Below are positions 8,807 through 16,819 of a stretch of DNA of 16,819 bases, piece by piece. How positions within the stretch are numbered: the stretch's first letter is position 1; each line of letters opens with the position of its first letter. The notes below the pieces were generated by a model. It did not search any database, was not told the origin of the DNA, and saw only the letters and a list, made by a program, of their open reading frames with translations. The position numbers were made by a program, and so were the translations under genes. The stretch is from Adineta steineri (taxonomy: Eukaryota), in the NCBI GenBank assembly GCA_905250115.1, contig CAJNOI010000487.1:14488-31306 (forward strand), read 5' to 3'.

Positions 8807-8938
8807 TATATTTATGATTGTATTTCCGTTCGAACAATTAATCAAGTGTTTCTTGTCGTCGCGTCTCTTTTGACGATGTATGTGATGTGTGTCCCTGTGT
8901 ATATGTGTGAATCGTTGTTCGATAGATAATTTGATTTA

Positions 8939-9009
8939 TTCTCTCTCTTTCTTTCTCTCTCTCTACTCTCGTCGTTCTACTTTACCTTTTTTTTCCTTCT
9001 CTTTCTCCT
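8939..9009. repeat. Pyrimidine (CT-rich) tracts on the plus strand: pure runs at 8939-8964 and 8985-9009
   Basis: ttctctctctttctttctctctctct ... cctttttttttccttctctttctcct. The composition is the inverse of the 8768-8806 purine tract, so the pair forms an imperfect purine/pyrimidine inverted arrangement. Confidence 0.9.
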
Positions 9010-9837
9010 AATAGATAACAGTTCTTTTTTTTTTTCTTCATATAAATCCACAGAACGGATCGATTTTTTATTGGTTACATCGTTAAAGAATTCCTATTCG
9101 TTACAAATCTCTTCCGCTGATAGAAATAACAACAAAATGCTCTTAGTGTCTTCCTATGAGACTATTATTCAAATTATGCAAATGAGTAGAATATTCTATC
9201 TTTTCAAATGTTAATAACCATTCATCAATCATTGATTGTTTTATTTTTTATCAAGATTTTTTCCCTAAAAAAAATAATAATTCCATTTTTCTCCTCATAT
9301 GTTATAATCACATATGTTTGGTAACAATTCATATATATATATATGTGTGTATACATATTTCTTTCTAATATCCATCCCATAAACACTCTCATATAGCATC
9401 CCATTTGCATACCGTACTGTATATATGCTTACTAAACACAACTATTGAAGAAATCAAATTGCAATTATGTCCATTGCTCGACGTTCTATCGCATAAACAA
9501 GGCGAACGCGCGCGAGAAGAGAGATGTGTCAAAAAAAGAGCCTTGCAAATAACGAACACAAAAGCAACTCGGACAATTGAGAAATGTTTGGAAAGATTTA
9601 ATTATAGAATATAACCATTTGCTTTAATTCTTTACACATTTCTACACTAGAAAAAAAAAACAGATTTGATTTATTCGTTGTTTGATCAAAGTATCATAAT
9701 ATTTTGATGTCAAAATGTATGTACTTTTTTTTCTTTCTATCAATGGTTTATTAATCACAAGTTATAAAATCACAAAAAAAACTATTCAATCGAAATAAAA
9801 TCACATAGTATCAAAAACGAAAAACAGAATCATTTAA

Positions 9838-10691
9838 TTAAAGTTTAGAATTTTGATTTTTTAATATATCTCGTCTCATACGCATAGGAACGGCATGGGC
9901 TTCATCGAAATAGGGTTGTGTTTCTCGTTTTACTCGTTGCACCCAATCATGAACACGAGGAAATTTTTCTTGATTTAAATTATACCCTGCAGCAATTGGT
10001 TGCATCAGTTCACAAATACCTAAATATAAACGATAATTATATTGTTGAAATTTTATTTTTGATTAGTGTGATCTACCAAGTAAGTCAGCAAATGTCAGAT
10101 GATTACCACCTAAATAAGATGATCGTTTTAACCATATATTTTCAAGATCATCAATAGAACTTTCCCATCGTTCATGCCATTTTTCTAATTCACGTTCATT
10201 TGGTGGCTTCTTAGTCATACGAGGTGTGATAATCTAACAGAAATTTTAACTTTTTAACTTAACGTAATAGGAAAATAACATTATTTTACTTTTGTACGAA
10301 AAAGCATTGCACCATTAGCGCGTAAATTGGCATGTTGCCAATTAGCATATTCATTAACACGTGCTCGTTCTTTTAAATCTACTGAATACCAATCATTTTT
10401 TTTGTATTTATCACAAAGATACATAAAAATTGCCACACTAAAATCGAAGATTTTCAGTAAGAATATTCAATTTATTTTACTATGTTCTAACCTTTCGGTA
10501 AGAATAAAACCTGAGTCACTGATAACTGGTACTTTTTTGAATGGATTTATTTGAGAATATTCATCAGTCACATGTTCAAGTTTTCGTAATGCAATTTCTT
10601 TCGATTCAAATGGTATATTTGTCATTTTAAGAAAAATATACAAAGCCCGAGAGGGCTGTGACATTAAATCGTAATAATATACCAAAGGCAT
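9838..10691 (-). CDS. GSTT: Glutathione S-transferase, theta class, 4 exons, 228 aa
   Basis: Exons are 10492-10691 (ATG at 10691), 10290-10437, 10077-10233 and 9838-10019 (TAA at 9838-9840). Introns are 54, 56 and 57 nt, all GT..AG, and the phases (2, 0, 1) are consistent. The product is MPLVYYYDLMSQPSRALYIFLKMTNIPFESKEIALRKLEHVTDEYSQINPFKKVPVISDSGFILTESVAIFMYLCDKYKKNDWYSVDLKERARVNEYANWQHANL...FADLLGICELMQPIAAGYNL...HDWVQRVKRETQPYFDEAH. From memory it is colinear with human GSTT1 (LDLLSQPCRAVYIF...VNPLKKVPALKDGDFTLTESVAILLYL...ARVDEYLAWQH...LADLVAITELMHPVGAG), including the catalytic Ser in SQP. Confidence 0.9.
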
Positions 10692-10735
10692 CTACAATTA
10701 AAGACAATCATACATTTACAAAAACATATTGAGTC

Positions 10736-10745
10736 TATAAAAAGG
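10736..10745 (+). promoter_or_regulatory. TATA-like element (tataaaaagg) in the 83-bp divergent GST / small-ORF intergenic region
   Basis: It lies about 30-39 nt upstream of the ATG at 10775. That spacing would place the transcription start after the out-of-frame ATG at 10753. Confidence 0.3.
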
Positions 10746-10774
10746 CGCAATTATGTTTCGCCTTATTCTTTACA

Positions 10775-10999
10775 ATGCCATCTATAGTAGCTTTCACATT
10801 TTCATCATTAACTTTGGCTTGTCTATTTGGTAGTTATATTCTTTTGAATCGTATGAAAAACTTGAAAATTGAAATTGATCAGAAAAAATTTGATATTCAA
10901 ACAACAGAAGAAAATCTTTGGCAATTAAATACTGATCTAAGTCGATCCATTCTTAGAAAATTACGTTTACTCGATCGATTATCATCATCACAAGTATAA
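10775..10999 (+). CDS. Hypothetical small protein (74 aa): N-terminal transmembrane helix plus coiled-coil-like tail
   Basis: ATG at 10775, TAA at 10997-10999. The product is MPSIVAFTFSSLTLACLFGSYILLNRMKNLKIEIDQKKFDIQTTEENLWQLNTDLSRSILRKLRLLDRLSSSQV. It has a hydrophobic stretch of about 20 aa followed by a heptad-like charged region. It is head-to-head with the GST and its codon composition resembles the neighbouring genes. I recognise no family. Confidence 0.4.
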   Translation: MPSIVAFTFSSLTLACLFGSYILLNRMKNLKIEIDQKKFDIQTTEENLWQLNTDLSRSILRKLRLLDRLSSSQV

Positions 11000-11310
11000 A
11001 AACAAACTAATATAATTCTCATAAAATTTATTTATTTTTATTTCAAACGGAAGAAGAAAAAAAAATATACATAAATTGAACAAAACAAATAAAATTTATC
11101 AGCACACTTGCGCATTTTTTTGTTGTTGTATTTAAAGAGAACGCCAATATTTTTGTTTCTGATGAGATGAAACACTAATACTAGATGAAATCGAAATAAA
11201 AGCATCAAATATATAAATAGATAAATAAAATGATAAGAGTATTCGCATTAAATTACGAACTAAAAAAAGAAATTAAATGAGATCAAAACATAGAATTTTG
11301 TTCGGTGGGT

Positions 11311-15092
<3,782 letters not shown>

Positions 15093-16250
15093 CGTCGGAT
15101 AATGTAATATACACGACGAGTCACAAAATAAGATCTAAAAATAGCAAATAAACCTACTGTCTGTGTACACTCACACATACAAATATTACAATTTGACGAC
15201 TAATTCGACGATAGCAACAAGGCAATAAAGAAGAGGAGGGAAGAGAAAAAGGTAGACATCGACATAGACGATAGTTTGTTTGTTCAACTAACGTGAACGA
15301 AAGAAGTGAATACGAAGGTAAGATGAGTGACTATAGACGATGAGTTACTTAGCGTATGAAGAAAAGCAATGAATATATAAGGGAAAGAGGATTGATCATA
15401 GAGAATAATTTGACCAATTCATTGAACAAAAATATATCATACTCGATGAATAATGTCCTCTATGTTTTATGGTTAGTCGGTATAACATTAGATGTCGCTG
15501 TACTTTAACTAAAATTCTTCTTTCATATACGATCTTGATTTCTGTAAATATCAAAACGAAATCGATTGTTCTTGACTTTTAAACTTTATGATATAGTAAA
15601 TGACGTAATTAATACAAAACACAATAATACATGAGAAAAATATATTTGATGTTCGTTGTTTTTCTGTCTGGGGAAATAATAGTAAGATATATTGGGTATA
15701 TATTAATAAATAAGTATTATATATAAAACATATGTGTAAATTGTATTTTTTTTCTCTGTTTGACTAATATAAGAATAGAAAATATTGAATGAAATCATCA
15801 TTGACAATGATATACTAAAAAGTTTATATCATCACAAAGTCCTAAATGTGTCGATGAATGTCTAGGGAAATTTAAAAAGAATTATGAAACTTCCACAAAA
15901 AAATGACTTTCTAAACATATTCCATGTAAACCAATACAATCATAATAAATACGATTACCTATTTCGATTTTTAATCAATAGACACGTCTTTTCTATTGAG
16001 ATAATCCTTGTGCAAGAGATAAAGAAGTCTTGATATATAAAGGTTTTTTCACTTCTTAGTATATTAAAGTGAGTAACTCTTGGTTTTATTAGAAAATAAT
16101 TTTGTTATATAAAACAAACTTGTGTAAAAAGTTATGAATAAATAAAACTAATGACAAGTATATGAAAAAGTACAAGAACAAAAGTTATCACAACGGTATT
16201 TAATTTCACTGAGGACAAAAGAAGAAAAGTTTGTCATTATCATCATTGTT

Positions 16251-16819
16251 CTAAGGTAAATAACGATAAAGAGTTATATCTTTTGCATCACGTTCTAGGT
16301 ATTCTTTTTCAATTAATAGTTCAATACATTTCTAGAATAAATAATAAATTTGTTCTATTTTGAAATAAATAAGAAAAATTATACTTTAATCATGAGAATT
16401 TTTGGCTGAAATTTTGAAGTTAATTGTGGAATAATTTGTTCTATTAATGAATTATAATCTAATTGTTTTCGAGCTTTCATTGTTCGAACAATTGCAGCCT
16501 ACAAAATAGTTAAATAAAATTAATAAAGTAGGTTTTTAATTTATTTACTTGAATAAGAAAGTTTCGTTCTTCTTCAATTTTTTGACCATCGTTTTCAGCA
16601 TCTTTTTGTTCGACTAATTTTACCGCTTGATTTAAATTAATTTTGACTTTTTTACTAAAGAAAATAAAACAAATAAACTTTACATCTTTAAACTAATGTC
16701 AAACCTTTTAAAGCTCTCATCAACTTCAATCATATAATCGTTTTTAATATCACTTTCTTTCAATTCTTCACTGACAGTGATTTTTGAACATTTTAATACT
16801 TGACTTTTTAATAAAATCA
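16251..16819 (-). CDS. CUL1: Cullin family protein (cullin-1-like), C-terminal part only; the gene continues beyond the window
   Basis: Exons are 16705-16819 (partial, open to the window edge), 16549-16654, 16385-16498 and 16251-16331 (TAG at 16251-16253). Introns are 50, 50 and 53 nt. The product is [137 protein letters not shown]. From memory it matches the human CUL1 C-terminus (ILLKSKLLVLED...[74 protein letters not shown]), including the neddylation-site motif IVR.MK.RK. Confidence 0.85.

Noticed and set aside
9225-9614. Track ORFs 9225-9410 (-) and 9405-9614 (+) in the intergenic region
   Set aside because: They are short AT-rich ORFs. The 9405 start is TTG. There are no motifs and no splice context. 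The small GC-rich patch near 9495-9525 is noted but I cannot interpret it.
9918-10554. Track ORFs 9918-10157 (+) and 10327-10554 (+)
   Set aside because: Both are antisense to GST exons and introns. The minus-strand GST model explains the region completely.

Overview
This window is eukaryotic (metazoan), not prokaryotic. It is AT-rich and its genes are broken by very short GT..AG introns. About 30 of the introns I infer are 48-63 nt; the outliers are 91, 442, 497 and 1415 nt. The six-frame ORF track therefore sees only gene fragments. It also counts TTG as Met: the track starts at 3312, 8614, 9405 and 14877 are TTG. Splicing by hand, checking phase at every junction, gives seven genes, six of them on the minus strand. 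(1) An F-box protein with 12 RNI/NLR-type leucine-rich repeats, 996-3240. (2) An intronless 7TM receptor, 3912-4865. (3) An NK6-class homeobox gene, 6257-8569. (4) A theta-class glutathione S-transferase, 9838-10691. (5) A small TM plus coiled-coil ORF on the plus strand, 10775-10999. (6) A WDR47/nemitin-like LisH-CTLH-WD40 gene, 11311-15092. (7) The 3' part of a cullin-1-like gene, 16251-16819, which runs off the window. I found no rRNA, tRNA or CRISPR array, and no evidence of a co-functioning multi-gene system; the neighbours are functionally unrelated. Six observations deserve follow-up. The LRR array has one repeat per exon, with conserved introns and a two-unit higher-order structure. 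A 17-nt microexon lies inside the recognition helix of the homeobox. A 1-nt excess in an A8 run breaks the LisH domain of the otherwise intact WDR47-like gene. The 5' end of the homeobox gene is unresolved. A decayed Tc1/mariner-like fragment lies 3' of the LRR gene. The GST and the small ORF share an 83-bp divergent promoter. The compact introns, the F-box gene and the intronless GPCR suggest a small invertebrate genome, possibly rotifer-like, but that is a low-confidence guess. All homology statements come from remembered family sequences, not from searches.
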